NCBI RefSeq assembly: GCF_009834535.1 | Contig: NC_045715.1 | Span: forward strand, 14,632,001-14,696,000 | Origin: Camelus ferus | Lineage: Eukaryota | Direction: 5' to 3' | Length of the DNA stretch: 64,000 bases | Shown here: piece by piece, positions 48,050-60,560 of the stretch | How positions within the stretch are numbered: the stretch's first letter is position 1 | Layout of the letters: the number at the start of each line of letters is the position of its first letter | The notes under the pieces: generated by a model | Database searches by the model: none | What the model was told of the DNA's origin: nothing | The model's input: the letters and a program-made list of their open reading frames with translations, nothing else | Made by a program: the position numbers and the translations under genes

Positions 48050-48517
48050 TGTATTGGTTTGCTAAGGCTGCCATAACCAAGTACCACCCACTGGGGGACT
48101 TAAACAGTGGAAATGTACTGTCTGTCATAGTTCTGGAAGCCAGAAGGTCACCAAGATGAAGGTGTCCACACTGTCGGTTCCTACTGAGAGCCATGAGGGA
48201 GAATCTGCCCCAGGCCCTTCTCTGAGGTTCTGGTGGTTTCTGGCTATCTTGGGTGTTCCTTGGCTTACAGAAGCATCACCTTGATCTCAGCCTTTACCTT
48301 CACGTGGTGTTCTCTTTGTGTGCACGTGGCTGCATCCAAGTTTCTTTTTTTTTATAAGAACACCAGGCATATTGAATTAAGGCTTACCCAAACTCCAATG
48401 TGATCTCAACTAATTCCGTCTCCCGTGACCCTGTCTCCAACTCAGGTCACATTCTGAGGGCCTGTGGGTTAGGACTTCAGCATGTGAATTTTGGGGAAAC
48501 ACAGTTCATCCACAACA
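48050..48517 (-). mobile_element. MaLR solo LTR (MLT1C-like)
   Basis: tgtattggtttgctaaggctgccataaccaagtaccacc...ggggaaacacagttcatccacaaca. Near-TSD aaaga/gaaga. Confidence 0.92.
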
Positions 48518-49430
48518 GAAGAGTTGGTCTGTTGACCTAGGAGCTTATTAGCAAGTTTATAGGATATAGTCTCTGGATTTTCCCCTTTTACTCTTTTTTT
48601 TTTTTTTCCTGCCTGGTTTCTTATAATAAAAGTTAGGCAAAGAAAGGGGGAAAAAATAAAGTTCAAGCCAATATACCTCACATTGTTGGACTAAGCCTTG
48701 GTCACAGGATGGGGATTTAAGTCTTAGTTCACAGTGTGTTTAAGTGGCTTCCCATCACAATGACAGGTGAGGTGGCGGCCGAATTAAGAATAAGGAGTCA
48801 GACCTAATCGTAAATGCCAAGGATGAAGTAAGGATTGCATTCCAATATAAGTCCAGAGCCATGATTAATATTAATATGTCTTCTTGCAGTGATGCTCACT
48901 GCCATGTGCTTTATTTGTTTGACACCTTTGTCAAGTGTGTGTAAGTGGCAGGTTCTGTTCCAGGCTGACCTTGGGGAGCCCACACTCCACAGGGCGGAGC
49001 TGGTGCCTCCCTGCCTGGAGGTTCAGGACCCAGAACAGGGCTTGAAATAGGTTGTGGTGCATTGAACAGACTGGGGCAGCCTGGAGGTCTTCGTACCCAC
49101 AGACATGTTTGTTTGCAGGTCAGAAGGTGATGCAGCTCTTATTTTTAAAAATCCTCTTTCTTCCCACACATCACCACCTGGTTTTCCTTCTAACCCATTC
49201 TCAAGATCTCAGTCGTGCCCTCTTTCCATCTCATTCACTTATTTTAGGGGAAATAGTTTGAACAGCCTTCTCTGAGGGAAATTCTTCTGAAATTTTGACC
49301 ACCAGAGTCTTTCCAGAACATTCGAAAACTCAGCAGTAACTTGGGAAGGTATCAAGGAGAAGATGTTTAGAAAATGACATTTCATTTTGCTAATCACCAC
49401 GCCACATAGCTCTGAGCAGGCTGTGGTCAG

Positions 49431-49608
49431 NNNNNNNNNNNNNNNNNNNNNNNNNNNNNNNNNNNNNNNNNNNNNNNNNNNNNNNNNNNNNNNNNNNNNN
49501 NNNNNNNNNNNNNNNNNNNNNNNNNNNNNNNNNNNNNNNNNNNNNNNNNNNNNNNNNNNNNNNNNNNNNNNNNNNNNNNNNNNNNNNNNNNNNNNNNNNN
49601 NNNNNNNN
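49431..49608. other. Assembly gap (178 N)
   Basis: Run of N. Confidence 0.99.
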
Positions 49609-50219
49609 GAGCCATCCAGAAACTTAAGTCAATAAGGTTCTCGTACTACATGGGCGTTTTGCCTCCTCGGGGCAGGCTTGAGCCCTCCCCCCACCCCAAG
49701 CAGGCATCAGACACTTGAGATCGCAGTTTGTCTTGGGCAGGCTATGCAGCTTTAATCTTACAAATATGAAGATAAAAGACAGAATTAGAGCCAAAGCAGG
49801 ATACTTTATTTTTAAACCAAAGGCAGCAGAAACAGCAACAGAGAAGAAAGGAACCCAGCTAGGACTGTCTCTGGGGCCGACGTCCATTGGTCCTGGTTCC
49901 TTCTATTTTCCAAATTGTTTTCTTCATCCCCATCTCAGCCACCTGAGCTTCCTCTGTCTTGTCTGCCTCATGTTCTAATTCGACCCCAGCTTCGTCCACT
50001 GAAACAGTGAAACTTAAAAGACAGATTTAATTGGATGCCTCTGTGGCAATGCATTTTTTGCTCTCAAGAATAAAGGGAGCTTTGGAGTTGGGGTGATGCT
50101 GGGGCCAGTGAGTGAATTGCTGATGGTGGCCCCAAAGTGGCCGAGGTGTCTGCCTACTGGTATAGATCCCGTTAATAAATTATTCTTAATTAATTTTTAA
50201 AATTAATGGCTAATGCCTA

Positions 50220-50420
50220 TTAAGTACTTATTATGTGCATGTCTGAGAACCCATTTGTATTTGATAACAGTTCGTAATGACACGTAAAATGGTTTCATTT
50301 CACAAGGGAAGAATTTGAGGGTAAAAGAAGTTAAGTTACTTCACAAGTCACTTAGCATTCCTGGCAGAACCAGGAAAGGAACCCGGATCTTTCTGTCCAA
50401 AACATCACCCATGACTCTAT
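50220..50420 (-). mobile_element. MIR SINE
   Basis: tttcattttcacaagggaagaatttgagggtaaaagaagttaagttacttcacaagtcacttagc...aggaacccggatctttctg. Confidence 0.65.
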
Positions 50421-50619
50421 CTAACAATAATGGGAGGAGAACAGGGAGGCAGAGATCACTGAGCCATCTTGAAAGTAGAGTCATACAAGACCTAGAAGTT
50501 GGAAGTGCCTGGCAAAGTCATTAAGTTCCAGCATTTTCCATTGTCCTTTAGCCATGGGGCTGAGTGAGTATGGTTCTGACTATAGATGAGGCCCAAGGAA
50601 ATGTTAAAACCAAGGTTTA

Positions 50620-51005
50620 ATTAGATGTGTGCCTACAGTGGAGTATTATTCAGCCTTAAAAAAGAACGAAATCCTGCCGTGTGCGACAACAGGGATGCAC
50701 ATGCAGGAGGTTGTGCTAAATGAAATAGGCCAGTCACAGGGGAACAAAATACTGCATGGTTCCACTGATATGAGGGACTAAAATGCTTAGACTCATAGAA
50801 ACAGAGTAGGATGGTGGGGGATGAGGGCGTGGGGAGCTGCTGCTTAACAGATGTAAAATTTCAGTTACAGGAGATGAGTTATGTTCTGGAGATCTGCTGT
50901 ATGACATTGGATCTACAGTTAATAATACTATACTGTACATTTGAAAATCTTGCAGTAGGTAGATTTCACGTTAACTCTTCTTACCACAATAAAAACAACA
51001 ACAAA
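50620..51005 (+). mobile_element. L1MA/MB 3' UTR fragment
   Basis: gagtattattcagccttaaaaaagaacgaaatcctgccgtgtgcgacaac...ttctggagatctgctgta...taccacaataaaaac. Confidence 0.87.
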
Positions 51006-51199
51006 TCACCTCACTTGTGTGATGGAGCCAGTCAACTTTTTCCAGCAGTGGGCTGGGGGTTGGTGGGCAGGCAGCAGAGGAGAAAGCCACTACGTGGAGC
51101 TTGAGTCACAATGGGTTAGAGAGGCAGAGGACCAGAAGAGGACACGAGGCAGGGGGAGTGCTGGCGAGAGAGGGCACTGGGGGATCTGGGGTCCACGTG

Positions 51200-51540
51200 G
51201 GTAGGTGATGAAACAAAGCCAGTGACTTGTCTTCTCATGATTCTCTCGGCCGCTCCCTCTTGCTCGTTGCCCCCTGGTTGTAGTGTAACTTTGGCACCTC
51301 CAGCTGACATGTCTGCTTCCAATAGAAGAAGGAAAAAGAGAGGTGCCAGAGGTGCCAGTCCCCCTGTATCAGGAAGACACTTTCAAGGACGTCCCCAGTC
51401 ACGCTGTGCTTGTGTTCCATTGGCCGGAACGCTGCCTCATGGCACCCTGGGCTAGGCAGGCTGGGGAACCAGTAAACCAGCGGGATTATAACGACAAGGA
51501 AGAAGAGACCCGGGGAGCAGAGCAGTGGGGTCTGCTGCTG
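51200..51540 (-). mobile_element. Old MaLR LTR (MLT1I/J/K-like)
   Basis: tctgcttccaatagaagaagg...gtcccccctgtatcaggaag...ttccattggccggaac...tcatggcaccctgggctaggcaggctgggga. Confidence 0.6.
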
Positions 51541-53559
51541 CTGCTGTTCATACCTCAGAGTAAATAACTGATCAGTTTGCTTTTTCACCTGAAAGCTGCT
51601 ACACTGCAAGAAAGGAATTTGGCAGGTAAGCAGGACAGGAATGGACCCAGCGTGAGGAAAGGGAGGGATGCTTTCGCTGGACGTGCTCTTTGAGAAAACA
51701 GGTTTCTGAGGAGTTCGAAGTGCAGATGGTTGTACAGGTAGAAAATAGCCAGGAAGTTGAGGGGCCCGAGGTGGAAGCAGGATGCGATGCAGTGATGAAA
51801 GTAAGATGTCCTGGCAGCAGTGATGGACTCAACTTGTAACTGTAATTTTCTCAGGATTGACAGCTTTTCTGGTGTCCCCGTTGCTGAACATCTTCTCCAG
51901 TGCTTTTTTTGTGTGTGTGTCATGCAAACTTAACTTCACAGATACCTGCTATAAAAAAAGCACACCCAGGACCCTTTCCAGGCCATTAAGAAAGGTGCCA
52001 ACAACTTACAACCTACAGCACAGCCAGGGCTGCAGGTGGAGGGACTTAGGTCACTGTGGCCTCTGGGAGTCACCCAAGCTGTGTGGCCCCAGAGGACTGA
52101 GGCCAGGATGACTCTCTGGGAGCTGCCTTCACTTTACTGCAGACAATTGTGGCCAACCTTGAATTAGTTTGTCAAGAACAAGGCCAATCATGAATTAGTT
52201 CAGTAGCAAGAGCCAAAAGGAGGGGAGGTCTTAAGTCACTCCATTTAATTTTTCTCTCATTTTTTTCCCAGTTAATTTTAGTTCAGTTTCATCTTGGAAG
52301 TTTCTTTGGCTGCAGAGATGTGGGTTTTCCCTGCAGTGAGGTCAAGGCCCTGGGCTCGGGGAGGATCATTTACATTCTTGGTCTCCCGACGGATAGAGAT
52401 GCTGGCAGCTCTAAAGGCGGACAATGGCTCTTTGTGGACACCACAGTGAGTGACTTGCCAAAGGTCATTTATGGAGCGAGGGAGAAGCCGCCATCCTCAG
52501 GAGTCCCAGTTGAACTTGTAGTCCACAGGAAGCCGAGAGAAAGGTTTGCCTTCTTAGTTTAACTTCTATTATTTCCACCTCAAGCATTTGGCATCGAATT
52601 GCTGGAAGATGGTTTGCTAAACTGGCCTTATGTAAAGAGTTCTGTTGATGTATCTTGCTACTGCTGCCGCTTCAGCTTCCTGACACGTGAGTAGGAGTGA
52701 TTTCTGAAGACATTTGGATCTTCTACAGTTGTCATTCTTTGAATATCGGTGTATTTTTCTCCTCCGTCCTTAATTATTTCAGTCCATGGTGAACTCTGAT
52801 CGCAGTCCCCTTTGAGTCAAGCTCTCTCTTCAAGGCTAGGTTCTTGTACCTGATGCTTTGATATTACACTCTCCACCCTTGTTTCCTACTGTTTAAAAAA
52901 ACAGTTTTAAATCAAATTTTAGAATATTTTTACTTGGAGAAAATCACATAATGAAGGCAGTTCTACTTATTGTAGATTTTTGATATTCTGGTGAGATTAA
53001 CATGTTGAGACAGTTTAATTAATCTTCTTAATCACCAAAATGTACTTAGCAAGTGCTTGTGCGGGAGGTGTTCCATGAGGCAGCATGTAAGGAAAAAATA
53101 TATATGCTCCTCTAGGAAGTAGTTTTCGATCTCAGGAACGAATTGACAATTTTCTGTTCAAGTCAACAAAATTAATTTCAAAATGATTTGAAAATTAACT
53201 GTCAGACAGTTGAGTGTTTTTAGGTTCACCTCACAGATCGTTGTGGATACCACCATTGTACCACCACATTGGATTCTAACTCTCTGTTTACTTCTCTCCT
53301 TTACCAGCCAGTAAGCTACCAGATGCTTTTGGATGAATAAATAAATGTCTGAGGACGGGAAGGAAAGTAAAATTACACAACAAGCAATGAGTTAAAACAG
53401 TCCTTTAAAAGATGGCAGTTATTGGAACGGAAGTGCAGAGTTTAACTAAGGCGCAGTCTTATGAAGATAGCAGCAGAAAAACACACAGAAATATTTGCAT
53501 CTTATTCCCCCAAATGTAGTTAGGGTCCTTCTGGCAGTGGAGGATAGCAAGAGTGGAAA

Positions 53560-54210
53560 TGCAGGCTTTATTTTCAGACCATCAGCGTAGTATTGACTTC
53601 TGTATTCAATTCACAGGGGTCCTGCCTTCTCTCACACAGTCACCACCTCTGGTGGGTCCCACTGCAGCAGCCTCCAGGTTTGATATCCCTGGTTTCTCCA
53701 TTCAGATAACCTTTCCAAATTATGTGTCTGAATGTGTCATTCCTCCTTTAAAAGCCACCCAGTGCCTCTTCATCATCTTAAAGGAAAAGAAAGCCAAGCA
53801 TCTCAGCATGCCCTGCTCGCTGGCCTCCTCCACACTCACCCCCAATCTACCATCAAATGGACCATAGACATTAGTTATTGTAAATTTCTTGCAGCCCTTG
53901 AACTTGCCATGTTGTTTCACATCTCTGTGCTTTTCACACATGCTGTTTGCTCTGCATGGACTGTCCCTCCTCCCGGGGTCTTCCTACAGCCCCATTCTCA
54001 GCCTTCTAAACTCAGCTCAACGGTAAAGTCCCTTGAGAGCCCTCCCTTGCTTCTCTCTCTTCCTTTGTGATTAAGTTTATCTGCTTTTATTGTAACACCT
54101 CTTATTCCATGGGTGTGATTTTGTGTATGTGACGGTCTCACGTGCCCTGGCAGGAACTGGCAGGAACCATGTCTAGTTCATCTCTGTCCTGAGGTTCCAC
54201 ACAGGATCCA
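53560..54210 (+). mobile_element. L2 3' region
   Basis: tcattcctcctttaaaagccacccagtgcctcttcatcatcttaaagg...ttcacacatgctgtttgctctgcatggactgtccc...ctcaacggtaaagtcc. Confidence 0.75.
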
Positions 54211-54394
54211 ATATGTTGCGTTTGCCTGATTTGTAGCTGTGGGAATGACTGAGTGCAGGGCCATATGGAGACTTCGTTGAAGAGGTAGGATTACGGGAGA
54301 TCGCAAGGTGGTGGGAATGAGAGGTGTAGAATGGCCTTGAATTCCAAAGTGTGGTGTGTGTGTGGATTTAAGTTCCCCCTTTCTGGTCCTAAAG

Positions 54395-54566
54395 CAGTGG
54401 TTCTTCCAGTGTTAGCCTCAGACCAGTAGCATCAGAGTGACCTGAGACCTTGGCAGCAATGCACATTCCTGGGCCCCATCCCAGACCTGGGGCCAGGACC
54501 CAGCAATCTGTAGTTTAACAAACCCTCCAGGTGATTCTGAAACGTGCTTAAATCTGAGAAGCCCTG
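54395..54566. mobile_element. MER5A MITE
   Basis: cagtggttcttccagtgt...cagcaatctgtagtttaacaaaccctccaggtgattctga...tgagaagccctg. Confidence 0.88.
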
Positions 54567-54899
54567 CCCTAGGGAATAAGGAAGTCAGGATTGCGCAATC
54601 TGCTGCTTTCCTAGCTTGAATTCAGTGCAAATGAGTGAGTTTACACAGGCTCCTTGGTGCAAGGAAAACTTCAATTTACTTCAGTATGCAAGACACCCCT
54701 TCTGATCAGCTCTTCTCTCTTAGACTGGATTTCCCACAGCCCTTGGTTTCTAAGAGCTGAACAGAGAGTTCTGGAAGATAAGATCTAGAATGTTTGATTA
54801 ACATGAAAAGATATATCGGGAATGAAAAAGGCCTATTTGTATTGGAAGAAGTTCATCGGCCTCAGGCTCTGTCGTACCCCATTGAGGGGAGGGAAGGAG

Positions 54900-55060
54900 A
54901 CACCAGGAAGCAGTGGACAGATCGTGGCTTTGAAGTCAAGGATACCTGGATGCGGATCCTACCTCCAGCCCTGAGAAGCTGGCTAACTCCTTGACTTTCG
55001 TGGGCCTTAGTCCCATCAAATGTGAAAGGGAGATAATAGTCCCTAACCAATGCGGGTGTG
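54900..55060 (+). mobile_element. MIR SINE
   Basis: gtggctttgaagtcaaggatacctggatgcggatcctacctcc...catcaaatgtgaaagggagataatagtccctaacc. Confidence 0.65.
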
Positions 55061-55259
55061 GTAAGGATCGAACGGAACATGACATATTCAGGTGCTCAAC
55101 ACACACCTGCCCTGTTCCGTCCCCCACCACCTGGTCAAAGGCGTGTCCTGGGCCAGACACAAGGAAATACACAGGTAGGGCTGAGTCAGTCTGTGTTACA
55201 ATCTGAGGCCAGGCTACCCCATGGTGTTCTAGCAAGGTTTGGTAACACAGAAACCCTGG

Positions 55260-55451
55260 CAGTTTGCTAGCTAAAATACAGGACACCCAGTGAAATGTGA
55301 ATTTCAGATATATGATGAATAATTTTTTTAGGTAGCATTCGTGTGTCCCATGAGCCCTTTGGGACCTATGCTAAACAATTATTCATCATTGATCTGAAAT
55401 TCACATTTCACTAGCTGTCTTGGATTTTTATTTGCTAAATCTGGCAACCCA
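55260..55451. mobile_element. MER53 palindromic MITE, near full length
   Basis: aaaatacaggacacccagtgaaatgtgaatttcagat...atctgaaattcacatttcactagctgtc...tttgctaaatctggcaaccc. Confidence 0.9.
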
Positions 55452-57879
55452 GACTTGCCTTAGGGTAGAAGCATGGTCCGTGGCAATGGTTTTCTCCCCA
55501 CTAACATTTTAATAAAGGCCATCTCTGAGCAGAACATGCTGGGTACAACCTGATAAGGAAACTCAGTGCCGGAATATACTGGGTGATGTGGAGCAAAAAG
55601 GGGAGGCCCAGCTAATCGTCTTGGGAATTTGGGAGGAGGATACGGCTGCCGTGGCTGCTGCCGGTTGATGCATCTCAGACTCCTGCCTCCATTAGCAGAA
55701 GAACTGGAAGTCACCTCTTGCCTTCCTCCCACCCCCAGGCACCTCCGGACGTGAAGCTGTGGTCATTGCCCCACTTCTGTGCACTTGCTGCCCAACTTTA
55801 AGTCAGAGGCGGTATTAAAAGCTGTAACCGTCCTGGTTAGGATTCTGTGGTGCTTATTTGTATTTTTCAGTCTGGCATTAGTATGGAAACGAGGCTTTGT
55901 TCAGTCTAACCAGTGAGCTGGATTTTAAAGCATTTGCTTATTTCCACCCCTTTGAAAGTGCTTAGCAGTTGAATTATTTAAACTAGAAAGAGATGAGGGA
56001 GTTAGAAAGGAGGGCTGCCTGCCCCAGGCACAGCCAGGGGAGGGTGCTAAATGTGGTTATCAAGAGATCAAAGACCAAGGAGAGACGCCTTTGATCTGAT
56101 GCTTGCCAAAGCTGCAGTTAGATCTCTGAGGCTCTGCACTTGGCCCCCGCCCCTCCCCACCCTTTCTGCGTATTTTTCCTCTTTTCCTGGACAACTGGAC
56201 GTGCTAGACGAAGGCGCGCCCTGGAGGAAGCCGTGCGGCTCGGGGCGCCTGAGTGTGCCCGAGGACACAGGAGACATAACCTCCCCTAGAGGAAAACCCC
56301 TTTTCTAAGTACAGTTGCTTTCATTCATCATTTTTGAGGGAATAAAAGGTAAGTGTGAAATCCCCCCCGTTATACCTGCAGATGCATGTCCCAGTGTGTG
56401 AGCTGATAGGAATCAAACTGTGGTTTCAGTGCTCTTCCTTTGATGCAAACAGGAGCGGTACCAACTGGCTGGGACTAACTTTGAGTTGCCCGGATTTTCC
56501 AGATGTTTGAGGTGGGGGTGGGGGAGGCAGGAGTGGGAGACCCCGGGGAGGTCTGCTGCACACCCAAGCCAAATTCTAGCTCTTTTGATTTCTCACTTTT
56601 GTTTTCAAGATGACATAGGACTACAGAACCGTCTTTAAGAGCTCTGCTCTGTCTTCCCTTTACTCTGAAAAGCTGCTTATCACGGTCCCTAAGATCTTAT
56701 TTATGGCAGTCCTCTGAGCAGCCTCAGTCTCGTTCTGAGAATTTTTTACGCAACTTGTTTGAGTTGGAAAAGTACAAGAATAATGGGTACGTTTCTGCAG
56801 ATGAGTCAAACACTTCATCCCTATCAGGCTGTGCGAGATACAGAATGTCTGTGGTTTTCACTCTTGTTTCCTTAATGGACATGATTTCATATGTGTTTCC
56901 TAATCCTGAGCTATTGAAATATTGATTCTCATCCTGACCTGGCCTCCTGGGAGCGGAGCCAGTCTATCTGCATCTCTGCGCTCCACATTTAGACTGTCTT
57001 CCTGCTGACCTAGACTGTGAACACCAGGATGAGATTAGATTTGTTTTGGGCAGGGGGTGGGAGGATTGGGGAATGTAAATCCCAGTGAAATCGCTGTCTG
57101 GCCTCGTTTCTGTTTGACAGAGTGGGGCAGCTACTCTCGACATTTTTGGCCAGTGTTATCATGTATTTACCCTAATGTCTTTTTTGCTTTTTCCTCCCTA
57201 TTTGATTTTAATATATATAGGCTGTCCAATGAAAATAGGAAAAGAAATCCCAGCTAAAGATTCATTTGAACTTCTGAATAGGACTGTCTGAACAATGTAA
57301 AATATTTTATAAGGAATTCCAGAAAGATGAATAATGTATACCACATCAAAAATGTCTTGGGCATGGAAAATATTAGACTCCTCTCCATTACTTGTGTGAT
57401 CTTTGAGTAGAGATGAAAGATGGTTTAGAACTAAGTTGTCACCATCTGGTGCCGGGCACAGTGTCTGATAGGCTATAATTCCATCCTATTTGAAGATGAA
57501 GGGGTGGGGAAGTCTGCCAAGTGACCATTTATCATCATCAGTTCAGCTCCTTTGCACCATGACAATGTTGAGGAAATAGAGGTTCACGAAAGTGAACCCT
57601 GAGGAGACTAATAGGCCTTCCCATAACACATTTAATGTCTTCTTCATGGCTGACTCCCCTCCTTCAGCCTTCTCTCTCACACCATTTCCCCAGTTCATAC
57701 CCAGTTCATTCACCTGGACCAGGGTGATGACTTCCTACTGTCCCTCCCTTCACGCAGGCTTGTGGCTTCCAATATTCGTCCTCCATACAATTACTGGACT
57801 GAGGTTTTAAAGATACTTACTTGTTTACAGTCCACTAGGGACTTCCTACTACCCAGAGTCCCACGGCCCTTTTCTGACA

Positions 57880-58270
57880 TAGACAGTCATCCATGACCCA
57901 ACCCACCTCCATTTGACTTTCTTCCAAACCTATCTTGAACTTGACTTTCCAGAAATATTCAAATGCCGTGTTCCATGTTTGCCTTTGAGTACATAGTTGA
58001 TTTTCCTGGGAGGTCCAGTTGTCTCTCTCTCCCTTTTGGAGACTCCCCTCAAGCACATCTCCTCCAGGAATCCTTCCATGTTTCCCATCTCTCCCTCCAT
58101 TAACTCCCTTCCTGGTACTTCCTGAGCAGTACCTGTGTTGGCCTCCATCACTGCCCTACCATACTGACTGATTCCTTTTGACCCATCCATCTCCTTGACT
58201 GCATTGTGAACTCCATGAGTGTCAGGGCAGGCTCTGTTTATCTTTGTATCCACGGTGACTTACTCATTGG
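57880..58270 (+). mobile_element. L2 3' fragment
   Basis: aagcacatctcctccaggaatccttcc...gactgcattgtgaactccatgagtgtcagggcaggctctgtttatctttgtatcc. Confidence 0.7.
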
Positions 58271-58339
58271 AGCAGAGAAGGTGCTTCTGAGGGTTGTGGA
58301 ACTAAATTTAAGAGAGGATGCTGAGAGTAGAAACAGGAA

Positions 58340-58620
58340 TAATAAAGACAAAAAGGAATGGCATCAATAACATTTTGCTCTTGGTAACAACCCTTTAAGG
58401 AAGGCTTATTATCTCCATTTGATTGATGAGGAAACTGAGGGTCATAGAGATTGTCTGGCCAAAGGTCACAGAACCATAACCTGACCATAACAGTCCCAAT
58501 TTGATATAGTAAAATTAGATAACAGTCTCTTGGAATTGAATATTCATTTGTTAATTCCTTCTGCAAGTAATAATCAAGTATCAAGTATTCCCAAGTGCCA
58601 GGCACTGTACTAACACATGG
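58340..58620 (-). mobile_element. MIR and L2 3'-end fragments
   Basis: tattatctccatttgattgatgaggaaactgagggtcatagag (MIR) and aagtattcccaagtgccaggcactgtactaac (L2/MIR end). Confidence 0.65.
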
Positions 58621-58959
58621 GGGTGTGCTTTAGGGGGAGCAGACCTGCCCCGGTGAGGCTTTTCTGGAAACTTTTCTGTCTAGAAAAATCCTGGTATAAA
58701 TGTGGAGTGAACTAACCATTGACTTACCAGTGGATGAGATATTTTACCAACCAATATTTACCAATCATGTAAATCATGCACATTAGTAGACCCAGATCAC
58801 TAAAGCCAGAAGCATTTATGAATCACCAAGGAGCTTTAGATCTTTTGGGGTTTGTTAGTTGGAACAGAAAGGACTAGAAGCAGACAAGGAAATTACTGAA
58901 AAGACTAGTTGGCTAAGAGAACCTCTAGGACAGCTGGAGGACCAAGCTCAGGAACTGGG

Positions 58960-59345
58960 CAGGACCAGAGTGAGGCCACGTTTCAGATTTTTGGCTGACA
59001 TCCATCTGCAGAATGGGCCGATGGGGTCCCTGCCGCCGCCCACCAGTCACTGTGGTCCACATGGCTGCTGGTGCTGACCCCTGAGGCCACTGGTACCATT
59101 ATTAGCATGACTAGAAAAGAATTAACCCGTGTCCCCACCCCTTATTATCATCAGCTTCTCTTCCTTATGGGCACATACAATTGGTGAGCTTATGTCTGTG
59201 CCTTGACTGGAAGGGATGCTGGGAAGGTGGGTACCACACCTCTGCAGCTACTGTAGGGGGTCAGGGGCTCTGCCTCCCCAAAGTCTTATGCACAGGGGAC
59301 TCCTCCAAACATCGGAGGGGTGTCTAGACAACCCAGCACAGCTTC
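58960..59345 (-). mobile_element. Old MaLR LTR (MLT1J/K-like)
   Basis: gggatgctgggaaggtgggtacc...ggctctgcctccccaagtc...ctcctccaaacatcggaggggtgtc. Confidence 0.5.
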
Positions 59346-59614
59346 CACTGTAGTCACTAATATGAATTTTTTTTTTTAATCTTAGAATTGAGGTATGTCA
59401 CCAGTGGCCACATAGTATAATGTGAAAACGAATAAATATTTATTTTGTTTAACACTACTAGTTGAATTCCTGAATGGCCTTGGGTAATTGGCTTCAGAGT
59501 TTTGTAGAAATAGTGGTCAGAGTTTTACTACATGCCTTTCTTTCTCAAAATAATAAAAAATGGAACAATAATATTTTGTGATAATATTTTCCTCCCACCC
59601 ACCCTCCCTCCCTC

Positions 59615-60560
59615 CCTTCTGAAAACACTTATCAAGTGTCTATTATATGCCAGGCACCATGCTTGCAAACAAGAAAATCAACAATAAAGAAGACACGCTC
59701 TTTATCATCAGGTTGTCCCTAACATCATGGAGGAGAGACAGACAGACATGGAAAAAACAATTGCCCCGCAATGTTAGAGGTACTAGGATAGAAATCTAGG
59801 AAAGGTTCAGCCAAGACACCAAAGTTCGTGTGTTCATCTTTACCCTGTGGGACTGAGAGGTTAGACAAAGCTTCATAGACAAGGTGGTACTTGAATTGAG
59901 TCTTCAAAGATGTAAGTGATCACCCGGAAAAAAAGCAGAGCGACATTCCCAGGTGGCAGGGGAACTCGGGATGAAAGAAGAGGGCGTGAACAATTGCTGA
60001 CTAATCAGAGCAACTCAGAGAGCTTGGGACTAGTGTTTGGGAGGATGGCTGGTGAACTGTGTGAGGTAAGAGCTGAATGAAATAAAATGAAAGGCTCTCG
60101 TTGCCTGCAAAGGGGTTTGGAGCTTATCTTGAGGGACTGCAGAGCCAATGAAGGAATGACTTGATCAGATTTATATGTTTGAAAGATCATTCTGGTGGTG
60201 GTGAGGAATAAGATCTGGAATGGGATGAAAAACCAGGGGACTAATTGAGAAATGATCACAGTCCACATGGAAGATGGTAAGATCCTATAGTCCTGTCATT
60301 GCAGTAGGGATGGAAAGGAGGCTATGAAATAATATTTTAGGAGCTGGAATCTGTAGGACTGTGTATGACTGAGAAGGCTGGTGGGGCCCTTCCTCAGAGA
60401 ACTCCAGAGGAGGAACAGGATTTTGTTGGGTGGAGACTGAGATGACTCTGTGCATTTTAACCATGTTGATCATCTAGATGGAGATGTTGTGTTGGTGGTT
60501 GCATATAAAGGATGAGAGCTCAAAAGAGAGATCTGGGTCAAAAATAAAGAGTTTCATCTC
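59615..60560 (-). mobile_element. L2 element (~950 bp)
   Basis: aaacacttatcaagtgtctattatatgccaggcacc...aggtggtacttgaattgagtcttcaaagatg...tttgaaagatcattctggtgg...gagctcaaaagagagatctggg. Confidence 0.8.

Noticed and set aside
57880-60560. Opposed L2 fragments as a dsRNA or L2-derived miRNA source
   Set aside because: The copies are highly diverged and separated by MIR and LTR pieces. I could not see an extended complementary stem.
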